Source: a virus
Lineage: Duplodnaviria; Heunggongvirae; Uroviricota; Caudoviricetes
Length of the DNA stretch: 64,000 nt
Virus record (IMG/VR): IMGVR_UViG_3300046533_000211
Location: 33,220 to 97,219 of that record
Direction: 5' to 3' (one strand)
The notes beneath the pieces are model-generated. The model was not told the origin of the DNA, made no database searches, and saw only the letters and a program-made list of their open reading frames with translations. Made by a program: the position numbers and the translations under genes. Shown here piece by piece: positions 8,810-17,322 of the stretch (within the stretch, counting starts at the first letter, position 1; each line of letters opens with the position of its first letter).

Positions 8810-9433
8810 CTACACCTCAGCGTCGTACTCGCCGTATTCGATGATCAACCCAGGCACAGCCCCAGCCACCCGAGCGGCCACCGCGCGATGCCAGCAGGCC
8901 GGGTAGCGGCTCTTGTGGTCATCCCCGTCACGCTGGGTGAGCAGGACGACATCCTCCCCGGTCTCCTCGGCCTTCTTGACCTTGGCCTTGTACTGCAGGA
9001 CCAGGTTATTGACCAGGTTCGTGGCCACCTCGTACATCTCATCAAGCTCATCGACAATCGCGGCGGGGACTGCCGCCTCCTCACGCTCCATCCGCTGGAG
9101 CCGCCGAAGCAGGTTGGCCGATGTTTGCTGGGTCGGACGCTTCGGGCGGATGTCCTCGGGCAGGTCGCCAACCGTCGCCACACCATGGCGGGCCATCGCG
9201 CTGATCAGCTCCTGAGTCTCGGCGATCTTCAGGTGGGTGGCCTCAAGCTGGCGCTCCCACTGCTCGACCCGCAGGGACAGATCAGCGGCAGTTCGGGCGT
9301 CACGGCGCTCTGGCTCAGGCCGTTCGGGCAATCTGCCCCAGAGGTAATCAGCGAGCTGGGCCAGGCTGAACCCCAGGAAGATCCGTGTGGTGGCAAGCTC
9401 GGCACCAGTCATCAGGTCAGTCTGCGTGGGCAT
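8810..9433 (-). CDS. XRE-family HTH transcriptional regulator, candidate immunity repressor
   Basis: N-terminal HTH (MTGAELATTRIFLGFSLAQLADYL); ATG at 9433 with GGAAGGA RBS; divergent from a Cro/Xis-like HTH gene. Confidence 0.6.
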   Translation of the reverse strand: MPTQTDLMTGAELATTRIFLGFSLAQLADYLWGRLPERPEPERRDARTAADLSLRVEQWERQLEATHLKIAETQELISAMARHGVATVGDLPEDIRPKRPTQQTSANLLRRLQRMEREEAAVPAAIVDELDEMYEVATNLVNNLVLQYKAKVKKAEETGEDVVLLTQRDGDDHKSRYPACWHRAVAARVAGAVPGLIIEYGEYDAEV

Positions 9434-9530
9434 TCGATTCCTTCCAGGGACGGGTGGCCGGTTGCCATACCTTTGGACAGCATAGTCCAAGGCCTGGGCC
9501 TTTAATGCCTAGTGAGGTATGCTAATCGAC
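9434..9530. promoter_or_regulatory. divergent regulatory region (candidate genetic switch) carrying GCATAGTCCA and TAATGCCTAGTGAGGTA motifs; -10-like TATGCT 7 nt before ATG 9531 (leaderless-type)
   Basis: Motifs shared with 26360-26400 and 47340-47365; TATGCT at 9517-9522. Confidence 0.45.
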
Positions 9531-9779
9531 ATGGCTAATCGAAAGCGAGCACCGAAGGATGTGGAGGCGCGCCACCGGGCGATCCTCACCTCGGCTGCTG
9601 GGACGATGGTCAAGAAGCGCAATGACGCCTGGAAGGCCGAGCTGGTCCTGCGCGAGAAGGTCCGAGACGCATTCGCGGAGGGTGTCACAGTCGGGCCGAT
9701 CAAGGAAGCGACCAACCTGTCGACCCCCCGGCTCTACCAGATCAAGAACGGGGACGAGCCAGAGTCCGCATCAGCGTGA
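9531..9779 (+). CDS. small HTH protein (Cro/excisionase-like; ...ATNLSTPRLYQI...)
   Basis: ATG 9531 (alternative ATG 9519 lies inside the -10 hexamer); C-terminal HTH-like segment. Confidence 0.55.
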   Translation: MANRKRAPKDVEARHRAILTSAAGTMVKKRNDAWKAELVLREKVRDAFAEGVTVGPIKEATNLSTPRLYQIKNGDEPESASA

Positions 9780-9802
9780 TCCACGCCTACGGAGGAGTTC
9801 AC

Positions 9803-10174
9803 GTGGGTGGCCTGTTCGATGACCGCACGCCTGGCCATGGTCGGCTCCACATCGGCACCCACACCGAGACTGGTGAGCTGTTCATCATGGACGGCCCCGA
9901 CCCCGAGGTGCTGTTCGCCGACGAGGTGCTGTGGAACCTGGTGCACCATCCCGAGATGTGCTCCCCGATGGTCAGGGTGGACTGGCAACCATTCCCCAAG
10001 TGCGATCCCCCGGCGACCTGCTGCCAGTCCTGCCCACAGGGTCCGATGGTCAACCAGCGCGAGTGCTTCTACGGCTCCAAGCTGACCATTCAGACCACCA
10101 CCGTCACGCTGATCTACATCATCGGCGAATACCACTGGGAGCTGAACGCCTGGTGGGCGCACTGGCCCGACTAG
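9803..10174 (+). CDS. hypothetical Cys/Trp-rich protein
   Basis: GTG 9803 with GGAGGA 6 nt upstream, in frame of ORF 9776-10174; convergent with the lysis operon. Confidence 0.5.
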   Translation: MGGLFDDRTPGHGRLHIGTHTETGELFIMDGPDPEVLFADEVLWNLVHHPEMCSPMVRVDWQPFPKCDPPATCCQSCPQGPMVNQRECFYGSKLTIQTTTVTLIYIIGEYHWELNAWWAHWPD

Positions 10175-10353
10175 TCGCAGCAGCAGCCCCAGGCGTGGTA
10201 GATGTTCTCGTCGGTGTCCTCCACCCGTACCCCGTTGTGCTGGCCCTTGTGGCCCTTGAACCGGGTGCAGATGTGACGGAACGCGGAGATCTCAGCACAC
10301 AGCCCACCGTCCTTGGCGTACTGGACAGTCTCCTCGAAGGTCAGCCTGGCCAT
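10171..10353 (-). CDS. small Cys-rich protein (60 aa; ends GCCCD)
   Basis: Terminal gene of leftward late operon. Confidence 0.5.
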   Translation of the reverse strand: MARLTFEETVQYAKDGGLCAEISAFRHICTRFKGHKGQHNGVRVEDTDENIYHAWGCCCD

Positions 10354-10580
10354 CAGCCGAGCACGGCTCTCGCCGCAGCGACCTTGGCCTGGAGCACCTT
10401 TCGCGACTCGGGGTCTAGCTCACCGGACACCAGCTCCACCGCAATGACCAGTTCAGCCAGCGCCGCCGTCTGCTTCTCATGCTTCTTGCGGCTCTGGATG
10501 AAGGCGTTGACCCCTGCCGTCACCGCCGCCGAGATGGCAGTGCCGATGCCGGTGATCAGGACATCGCCAGCGCTGGGCAT
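10353..10580 (-). CDS. small membrane protein (holin-like, 1 TM)
   Basis: ATG at 10580 within ORF 10353-10646; hydrophobic ITGIGTAISAAVTAGV segment. Confidence 0.5.
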   Translation of the reverse strand: MPSAGDVLITGIGTAISAAVTAGVNAFIQSRKKHEKQTAALAELVIAVELVSGELDPESRKVLQAKVAAARAVLG

Positions 10581-11044
10581 CAGGGGTCCTTGCGGAAGAA
10601 CAGCATCCAGACATCCCGCCCGACCAGGAACAACGTGAAGGAGCACACGGCGAAGAAGACGTAGTTCGTGAAGATGTTCACATCAGCGAACGGGAAGTCC
10701 GCATTGATCCTGGCCGACCAGACGGACCACATCACCGTGGACAGCAGGATGTCAGCCACCAGCCGCAGCGACTTCCCTGCGTAATCGTGGTGATAGATCC
10801 GCAGCAGCCACCCGCACAGGTACAGCGCCGGGGCAATCAGGCCAATCGTCTCCCAGATGGCATAGCCGAGGGCGACCGGCTTCTCCAGCACCTGCATCCG
10901 CTGTGCGCCGGGGGTGATCATGATGTGGATGATGGCCGCGAACACGAACGGGTAGAGCAGCACGCTGAACCGGATGTACGGGTCAGGCTCAGCCTTCCAG
11001 CGCTGGAAGGCGTCGCGGAACTTGACCAGCGGCGGGGTGATCAC
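10580..11044 (-). CDS. 4-TM membrane protein (holin/lysis-associated)
   Basis: 154 aa with 4 hydrophobic spans; adjacent to endolysin. Confidence 0.6.
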   Translation of the reverse strand: MITPPLVKFRDAFQRWKAEPDPYIRFSVLLYPFVFAAIIHIMITPGAQRMQVLEKPVALGYAIWETIGLIAPALYLCGWLLRIYHHDYAGKSLRLVADILLSTVMWSVWSARINADFPFADVNIFTNYVFFAVCSFTLFLVGRDVWMLFFRKDP

Positions 11045-11445
11045 GCTGGCTTCACTACGGACGGGGTGCCCTTGGGTCCAATCTTCGAGCAGCCCAGCGA
11101 GGTGAGCACAGACGCCACGGCCATCCCGGCACCCACCACCAGTGCATCAAGTAATGGGACCGCAGTGATCCCAGACGAGTCGCCCGCCTGGATCAGGCCC
11201 AGGCCCACGACCACACCCTGGCCGAAGGACTTGATGGCACGCTCGGCGGCATCCTTCCAGAACGCCTTGGTCCAGATCGCCCCGGTCGCCTCTGGTTGGC
11301 TGAACTCAGCAGCAGCCTGCTGGGTGATCTGCTCCTCGGTGACGGGTGGAGCTACCCGCTCGATCAGATCCTCGGTTGGTTTGACCGGCTCGGCTGCCCT
11401 GTGCTCACCCACATAGTCGGGCTGCTCGGGTCCTGCTTGGCCCAT
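11041..11445 (-). CDS. holin-like protein (C-terminal 2 TM)
   Basis: Hydrophilic N-terminus then GVVVGLGLIQ...GAGMAVASVL TM pair; immediately downstream of endolysin. Confidence 0.6.
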   Translation of the reverse strand: MGQAGPEQPDYVGEHRAAEPVKPTEDLIERVAPPVTEEQITQQAAAEFSQPEATGAIWTKAFWKDAAERAIKSFGQGVVVGLGLIQAGDSSGITAVPLLDALVVGAGMAVASVLTSLGCSKIGPKGTPSVVKPA

Positions 11446-11454
11446 GGCGACCTC

Positions 11455-14013
11455 CTATTGCATCGGGACTCGCTGCGCCGCCCAGTAATGGACGTGCTGG
11501 ATCGCGTGGGCGAGGTAGGTCTGGCCGGGGAACACCTCGCGCATGTGGTACTCGATGTGTGGGGCGGTGCCCTGTGCGAAGAAGGTGATCGCCAGCACGG
11601 CTGCGTAGATGGCGGCGGCGATGCCCTTCACGGACAGGAACCGCTCGTCGCTCCCCAACCGACCAGCCAGCTCGTTCAGCCTGGGCAGCCGGGTCGCCCC
11701 TTCGAAGGTCACACCGAACCGTGCAGCCTGCGCCTTGGCATCCTCACCGGCATCGCCGTCCAGGTTGCCCAGCAGCTCGATGCAGTTGTAGGCGAAGTCA
11801 CGGGCGAACTCACGGAAGCCATCATGCAGCTGCATCTCGGTGACCATCGTGTACACGTCGCGCATGATCTCACCGGCCAGGCCCAGCGGGACCCCGGAGT
11901 ACATGTCCCCGTCGTCGCACTCGTCTGCCCAGTTGTCGAACATGTCGATCTGGCGATATTGAGCGATCCCCTCGTCCGGGCGGGGAGGGCCACCGTAGAA
12001 GGTGTGCCCCTCCTGGCGGCTCGGGTTGCCGAAGGTGTATCCGGCCACGAAGTTATCCCGCACCGACTCCAGCCGCCCACCGGGCAGCGTCTCCTGGTGG
12101 ACCCGCGCAGCGGCCTCGCCACCCTGGCTGTAGCCGCCGAGCATGAACGTGCGATTCGGGTGGGCAAGCAGCCAGTCCACCGACCAGTCCACCGCGATCT
12201 GGACGCTCTCCTGGTAGCTCGGGGACTGGGCACCCTCACCGCTGGCACCACCGAGCGGCCCCATGCTCCAGGGGGCCTGGACGGGGACCTCCTCAACGAC
12301 GCCTGAGCACCCGTCAGCCACGTCCGAGGGGTAGCCCACCCCAGGAGCGGCCCACGTCCCGCTGAAGGTCAGCAGGGCATGCCTATCGGCAGGCTGACCG
12401 CCACCCTCGGGCGGGGGGATGAACGGTGGTGGGGTGCCGCCCTCCAGCACGCGCTTGATCTCGGCCACGCAGTCGGTGATGGACAGGCCACCCAGCTGCG
12501 GCCAGCCATGTCCGTCCACCCCGGCCAGCTGCTCCCACTCCAGCTTCGCGTAGTCCTCCGCAGTGAGCGAGCTGGCCTCAATCGACAGGCCTGCTGGCTG
12601 CACGGTCTGCTGGACCAGTGAGCGGACTGCCGCCAGGGCATCGACCAGGTAGAGGTTCAGCCCCTCGGCGTTCTGGCCCAGCTGGGGCCAGCCTGTGCCG
12701 TAGCCCGTGGCCGGATCGACCGGGCCGCACAGCTGCTCGTAGGACAGCTTCACGTAGTCGGTGTCCGCTGGGGGCGGCGGCTCGACAACCGGGGCCGGGA
12801 CCGCCGACCAGGTGTAGCCCTTGGGCGGGATCAGGGTGGCCACCTGGTCGAAGCTGCACCAGTAGCCGAACGGGTTGAACCCGCTGTCCGCGATCCAGAT
12901 GTGCCGACCCTCAGGCCCCTCGTAGTAGCCCATCCCCGCCACATAGTGGAACACCGTGCCGCCACCGTAGCTGGGTGACTGCGACCCCCTGGTGCCGCGT
13001 GGGTAGTTGGACGGCGGGGCGACCCAGTTCATCACCACACCCCAGCCCGCATCGAAGCTGTTCTTGAGGTGCACCCACAGCTCGTCCTTCTGCTGCTGGC
13101 TGATCGGGTCCTGCTCCAGATACAACTCGCGGTAGTCACCCTCGGGCACGTAGCGGTCCAGCACGTCCTCGATCAGCCCCACATAGTCGGTGCCACCCGT
13201 GTCGGTGCCCATCTCGTTGGCCAGCTGCTGCTCGGAGACGAAGATGCCCCTGGCATTGAGCACCACCTGGGTGGCGGCGGGTCCGCACCAGTAGCCCGTC
13301 TCCTGGGGTGTGATGCTGTGGTCGTAGGCGAGAACCTTCTCGACCGCTTCTGGTGCTGGCATGGGTGGACCTCCTCCGATTCCCAGCTCAGCGGCGAACT
13401 GCACTGGGTCTAGGCCGTAGGCGAAGTTGTGATCGCAGTTGCCGAACGGCGGTGACGACTGCGGCCCAGAGCCGTAGCCCTGGCCATCGGTGTACTGGTG
13501 GGCGATCTGGCCTGGATAGTTGGGGCGTGTGGTGCTGTACTTCGCCACCACCAGCCGCACCCCCTCCGGTCGCTGCGGCCACAGGCTGTCGAGATCGCCC
13601 TGGTTCCCGTAGCCGATCACCCTGCGGCGATCCCCCAACCAGGCGCAGAGGTCCTCGAACGCCGCGTTGATGCCCCCGCTCTGGTTCCCGGTGATCTCCC
13701 CACCCCACGATTCCACGTCCAGCATGATCGCCATCTTGGGATGTGGCTGTCCCACTTGGGACTTCAGCGTGGCGACGGCGTCCTGCCAGTTGGGTCGCCA
13801 GACGAAGTACACCTGGAAGAACGTCAGCCGTCCCTCGTCGGTCTTGCGCCTGCACCAGTCGTAGTTGCCTGCCCATTTCTTGTCCCGGTAGGTGCCGTCG
13901 TTGGATCGGATGCAGATGACCGGGTGCGGGTACGAGTCGTCGCAGGGCACCTGCCACTCGGACACGTCGCAGTAGAGGGTGTCGGCCACCTGGGCATCGT
14001 CCCACGCCGACAC
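11455..14013 (-). CDS. multidomain endolysin: GH25-like muramidase + C39-like cysteine peptidase + 2 repeat modules + LysB-like cutinase/esterase (GYSQG)
   Basis: DVSEWQ GH25-type start motif; YWCGPAA...FHYVAGMGY papain/C39-like Cys-His; tandem about 45-aa repeats (YxxLxxEQL.G...GWPQLG); C-terminal GYSQGGE serine-esterase motif as in mycobacteriophage LysB; GTG start 14013. Confidence 0.75.
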   Translation of the reverse strand: MSAWDDAQVADTLYCDVSEWQVPCDDSYPHPVICIRSNDGTYRDKKWAGNYDWCRRKTDEGRLTFFQVYFVWRPNWQDAVATLKSQVGQPHPKMAIMLDVESWGGEITGNQSGGINAAFEDLCAWLGDRRRVIGYGNQGDLDSLWPQRPEGVRLVVAKYSTTRPNYPGQIAHQYTDGQGYGSGPQSSPPFGNCDHNFAYGLDPVQFAAELGIGGGPPMPAPEAVEKVLAYDHSITPQETGYWCGPAATQVVLNARGIFVSEQQLANEMGTDTGGTDYVGLIEDVLDRYVPEGDYRELYLEQDPISQQQKDELWVHLKNSFDAGWGVVMNWVAPPSNYPRGTRGSQSPSYGGGTVFHYVAGMGYYEGPEGRHIWIADSGFNPFGYWCSFDQVATLIPPKGYTWSAVPAPVVEPPPPADTDYVKLSYEQLCGPVDPATGYGTGWPQLGQNAEGLNLYLVDALAAVRSLVQQTVQPAGLSIEASSLTAEDYAKLEWEQLAGVDGHGWPQLGGLSITDCVAEIKRVLEGGTPPPFIPPPEGGGQPADRHALLTFSGTWAAPGVGYPSDVADGCSGVVEEVPVQAPWSMGPLGGASGEGAQSPSYQESVQIAVDWSVDWLLAHPNRTFMLGGYSQGGEAAARVHQETLPGGRLESVRDNFVAGYTFGNPSRQEGHTFYGGPPRPDEGIAQYRQIDMFDNWADECDDGDMYSGVPLGLAGEIMRDVYTMVTEMQLHDGFREFARDFAYNCIELLGNLDGDAGEDAKAQAARFGVTFEGATRLPRLNELAGRLGSDERFLSVKGIAAAIYAAVLAITFFAQGTAPHIEYHMREVFPGQTYLAHAIQHVHYWAAQRVPMQ

Positions 14014-14060
14014 GACAGCGTGGCGATGATCTGTCCGTGTCCGGGCCTACAGTTGGGCCA

Positions 14061-14237
14061 TGAACAAGTGGTGGCCGATCTGGGGGAAGGTGCCAGCCGA
14101 GCCGGTGGATGGTCCCACCAGTACGCCCGCTGACGGCATTCGCCCACTGGTGGACATGACGAAGGGCAATAAGCACGTCCCGGTCAAGCACGCGCTGTTC
14201 CCCAACCGGATGAACCGCAACAAACGGATGCCCTAAG
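14061..14237 (+). CDS. possible small ORF (58 aa) on opposite strand in the lysin/tail gap
   Basis: Only ORF in a 220-bp gap not covered by minus-strand genes; weak RBS. Confidence 0.2.
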
Positions 14238-14466
14238 GCTGCGCAGAAGCCTGAGCGCCTGTGAGCTGCTGGAGGATGGCCTGCTGCATCTGCGGCTGCA
14301 TCTGCTGCGCCAGCATCGCGGCCATCGCAGTCGCGACCTGCAACGACCGGAATGCCTGCTCGGCATACAGCCAGGCCAGCAACTGGATGTCCGACTCCAG
14401 CCTCTCGATTCGGGCTTCGCGCTCGGCCACACTCTGATGGCCGTTGGTGGCTGCTCGGGTGCTCAC
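14233..14466 (-). CDS. hypothetical coiled-coil protein (Q/A/M-rich)
   Basis: 77-aa ORF in tail operon. Confidence 0.55.
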   Translation of the reverse strand: MSTRAATNGHQSVAEREARIERLESDIQLLAWLYAEQAFRSLQVATAMAAMLAQQMQPQMQQAILQQLTGAQASAQP

Positions 14467-14771
14467 ACCGGTCCACCCTTGTCGGTCCAGCCCGACACCT
14501 CATCCCAGCTGGCGTAGTGGCCGCCCCGGTCGATGGTGCCCACCATCCACTCATGGTCGAAGTACGGGTCGGGGATGTTGGTCCGCACCGCCACCGACAG
14601 GGTTGCGGGGTCCTGGAATATCCAGCCGGTGACGTACTGCGGCGGCGTGCCCTGTGCAGGAGTCTCGTCCTGGGGCGTGGGCGCGGGTATGGATGCGGGC
14701 GCGGGTGCGACCGTGGCCCCCAGTTCACCCTCGCCACTCGATGCCGCCTCGACGGCCTTGGCAGTAACCAT
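14463..14771 (-). CDS. hypothetical tail-associated protein
   Basis: 102-aa ORF, coupled. Confidence 0.55.
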   Translation of the reverse strand: MVTAKAVEAASSGEGELGATVAPAPASIPAPTPQDETPAQGTPPQYVTGWIFQDPATLSVAVRTNIPDPYFDHEWMVGTIDRGGHYASWDEVSGWTDKGGPV

Positions 14772-14780
14772 GATCTCCTC

Positions 14781-15161
14781 CTAGTCGTGCAATACCGGAT
14801 CGGGGTTGAGTGGGCGCACATCATCCTCGCTGATTCCGGCTAGATCAATCCGGCCCGCCTCGGGTAGCACCAGCGGATGTGCCAGCTTCGAGCAGGTGAT
14901 GAAGCCCGGACGGAAGGCATTGTGGCAGTAGATGATCCAGGCCCATTCTCCAGCAGGCACCATGATCGTCGCTCGGCCCAGCAGGATGCCGTGCTCATTA
15001 GTCTCCCAGGTGATCTGACCACGCTGGTACTCCAGCCCGAACATCGGCTCCTGACCATTGGACTGCACCGCACCCGCATGGGTGGGCCACACCACAAACG
15101 AGAGGATGCCCTCGCCAAGTGCGTCGAGCGGGGTCGACTGCTGGACCTCGATCTCGGTCAC
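14781..15161 (-). CDS. hypothetical tail-associated protein
   Basis: 126-aa ORF. Confidence 0.6.
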   Translation of the reverse strand: MTEIEVQQSTPLDALGEGILSFVVWPTHAGAVQSNGQEPMFGLEYQRGQITWETNEHGILLGRATIMVPAGEWAWIIYCHNAFRPGFITCSKLAHPLVLPEAGRIDLAGISEDDVRPLNPDPVLHD

Positions 15162-15174
15162 TTAGTACCTCTAC

Positions 15175-15525
15175 CTATGTTTGCGTGTAGGTCGGCGTGA
15201 CGACCAGCTGCCCCTGAGCAGACATGACCACCGAGGTGATCGCCGCCTTGTCCACCATCGTCGAGCCGCTCGCAGCCGAGGCCAGCAGGATGTACGTGTA
15301 CGTGGCGGCGGCGGTGTCGATTGTCACCGCGCTGCCATTCTGCACACCACCCGCACCGGCTGTCCAGGTGGTCTGCTTGCGGGCGTACGCGGGAGATCCG
15401 CCCGACGCCTCATTGGCGGGCACCGAGCTTGTGCCCGGATCACCTGTGCAGACGCCGATCCAGGTGCCGACCGTGGCATAGGTGTTGGCAAGTGTCTGCC
15501 GGGTCGTTGCGACTGCGATAGCCAT
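15175..15525 (-). CDS. hypothetical tail-associated protein
   Basis: 116-aa ORF. Confidence 0.6.
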   Translation of the reverse strand: MAIAVATTRQTLANTYATVGTWIGVCTGDPGTSSVPANEASGGSPAYARKQTTWTAGAGGVQNGSAVTIDTAAATYTYILLASAASGSTMVDKAAITSVVMSAQGQLVVTPTYTQT

Positions 15526-15576
15526 GCGTCACATCGTGGCGCACACCAGGTGATTCCGGGCGGTGACGCGCCGAAG

Positions 15577-17316
15577 TCACTGCCACTCCACCAGGGTGTA
15601 GCCAGGTCCACCAGTCCCAGCGGTGGCCGATGCTGCGTAGTAAGCACCACCCGACCCACCACCACCCGCGCCGTAGCCCGTGCCGTTACCGCCCGAGCGC
15701 TGTCCGTTGCCGCTAGCGCCAGTCACGCCACCGCCGCCGCCACCGCCACCGCCCTGGCCTGCAATCGGAGCCGGGCCAGGGTTACCTGGCGCTCCGCTGG
15801 GATAGGGTGCTCCACCCGTGCCACCAGTCGATGCTGGTGGGCCTGTGCTGCTGCCACCATTGCCGCCAGCAGTAGCACCGCCGCCCGCCGAATTGGCGTA
15901 CCCACCCGCACCGCCGCCGCATCCGGCATCAGTGGTGCCTGTGCCGTGTTCATTGGCCAGGGTGCCGGTCGAGTAGCCGCCAGTCCCACCCGCCTCGGTG
16001 GTGGACCCGCCTGGGAACCCAGTGGGCGATCCTCCAGCGGTGCGGGTGGCTGAGCTGGACCCAGCGGCACCAGCCGCACCCCCACCTGCGGAGAGCGACG
16101 TGGCACCGCTGACGAAGGTCGCCGCTGCACCTGCTGCACCTGCCGCTGCCGTACCGGGCACCACGACGCTGTAGGTCGACCCAAGGTTGGCCTTCGGTAT
16201 CCACGGGGTCTGGAGGTACGCGCCACCGCCACCGCCTTTACCGCCGTACTTGTTGTTGCTGCTGCCGGAGTCGATGACACCTGCGCCACCGCCACCGCCC
16301 GCACCGATCAGCGTCACCCGAACCTGGCTGGCGTTGGCCGGGATGGCGACATTGGTGCGGGGCTGGTTCTCCTCGGTTATCGGGGTGAAGGCGTTGATCG
16401 CAGTGGCTGACAGCGTGCCAGCACCGTCGAGCAGTGACCCGCCAGTGTTGTCCGTGGTGATCGGATAGATCTGCTTCACCGCTGAGCTGAGCGATCCCAG
16501 GCCGACCAGACCACCGGGCACGGTGGTGTAGATCTGCTTGAGCGCAGCAGCCAGATTGCCGACGCCGGTTAGCCCACCGCCACCACCGACACCGACTGCC
16601 GAGAACGAGTCGATGGCACGGCCTGGCGCAGGTCCGTCGTAATAGCACCCGATGTCGACCAGCCGGTGACTGGCATCACGCGGGACGAGGTTGCTGCTGT
16701 CGGTCCAGATGGACCCCGGCACCAGCACGTCGTTCAGCAGGCCGTAATAGGTATTGCCGGTGCGCCGAAGGGCGATCTTGTCTCCGGTGGTGGTGGTCAC
16801 AGCGGGTGACCCGTAACCCGTCCAGGTTGCCCAGTCGGTTTGACTGTAGATCGTGAATGCGGAGCCGCTGGAGAACAGGAATGCGCCCTCGCCAGCGTTG
16901 TTGAAGCCACCGCCGACCATCGCGTAGTTACCACCGGGAGTCGATCCCAGGATGATGGACACCTCGAAGTCGTCGGACGGCATCGGGGTGTTGTTGCTGT
17001 GGATGCACCAGTTGCTGGCACCCAGCGCGACGGCCTGGCCGCTCCTGATGCCCAGCCCGCTGCCAGCGCGATAGGTCCAGCCCGCTCCCAGATCGTTGGC
17101 ATCGGCGCGGTTGAAGTCATCGGTGACGGGGGGTGCACCGCCTGCCATGGACACCTGATACTGCGGTATGACGGCGGCGGTGAGTGACCCACTGCCACTC
17201 GGCGCAGGGCTAGCGGAGAACCGTGGTTTGACATTGGCGGTCAGCGCCCCGGATGAACTGAACGCGGGGTTGGTGCCCTGACCGATAAAGGCGGTCGCGG
17301 TGAGTGTCCCGGCCAT
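15577..17316 (-). CDS. glycine-rich minor tail protein
   Basis: 579 aa; N-terminal beta-rich domain paralogous to the domain in 17323-19320; long Gly/Ala/Ser-rich C-terminus typical of actinophage minor tail proteins. Confidence 0.7.
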   Translation of the reverse strand: MAGTLTATAFIGQGTNPAFSSSGALTANVKPRFSASPAPSGSGSLTAAVIPQYQVSMAGGAPPVTDDFNRADANDLGAGWTYRAGSGLGIRSGQAVALGASNWCIHSNNTPMPSDDFEVSIILGSTPGGNYAMVGGGFNNAGEGAFLFSSGSAFTIYSQTDWATWTGYGSPAVTTTTGDKIALRRTGNTYYGLLNDVLVPGSIWTDSSNLVPRDASHRLVDIGCYYDGPAPGRAIDSFSAVGVGGGGGLTGVGNLAAALKQIYTTVPGGLVGLGSLSSAVKQIYPITTDNTGGSLLDGAGTLSATAINAFTPITEENQPRTNVAIPANASQVRVTLIGAGGGGGAGVIDSGSSNNKYGGKGGGGGAYLQTPWIPKANLGSTYSVVVPGTAAAGAAGAAATFVSGATSLSAGGGAAGAAGSSSATRTAGGSPTGFPGGSTTEAGGTGGYSTGTLANEHGTGTTDAGCGGGAGGYANSAGGGATAGGNGGSSTGPPASTGGTGGAPYPSGAPGNPGPAPIAGQGGGGGGGGGVTGASGNGQRSGGNGTGYGAGGGGSGGAYYAASATAGTGGPGYTLVEWQ

Positions 17317-17322
17317 CAGTGC

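Noticed and set aside
8708-9505. 265-aa plus-strand ORF
   Set aside because: Antisense to the HTH regulator gene, whose frame has the motif and RBS; composition artefact.
13388-14824. 478-aa minus-strand ORF
   Set aside because: Arg/Pro/Ala-rich alternative frame overlapping the endolysin and three other well-formed genes; typical high-GC shadow ORF.
15181-16304. Several 190-290-aa ORFs on both strands inside the glycine-rich tail genes
   Set aside because: GGN/GCN codon runs keep all frames open; only the Gly-rich frame has a sensible start and a globular domain.
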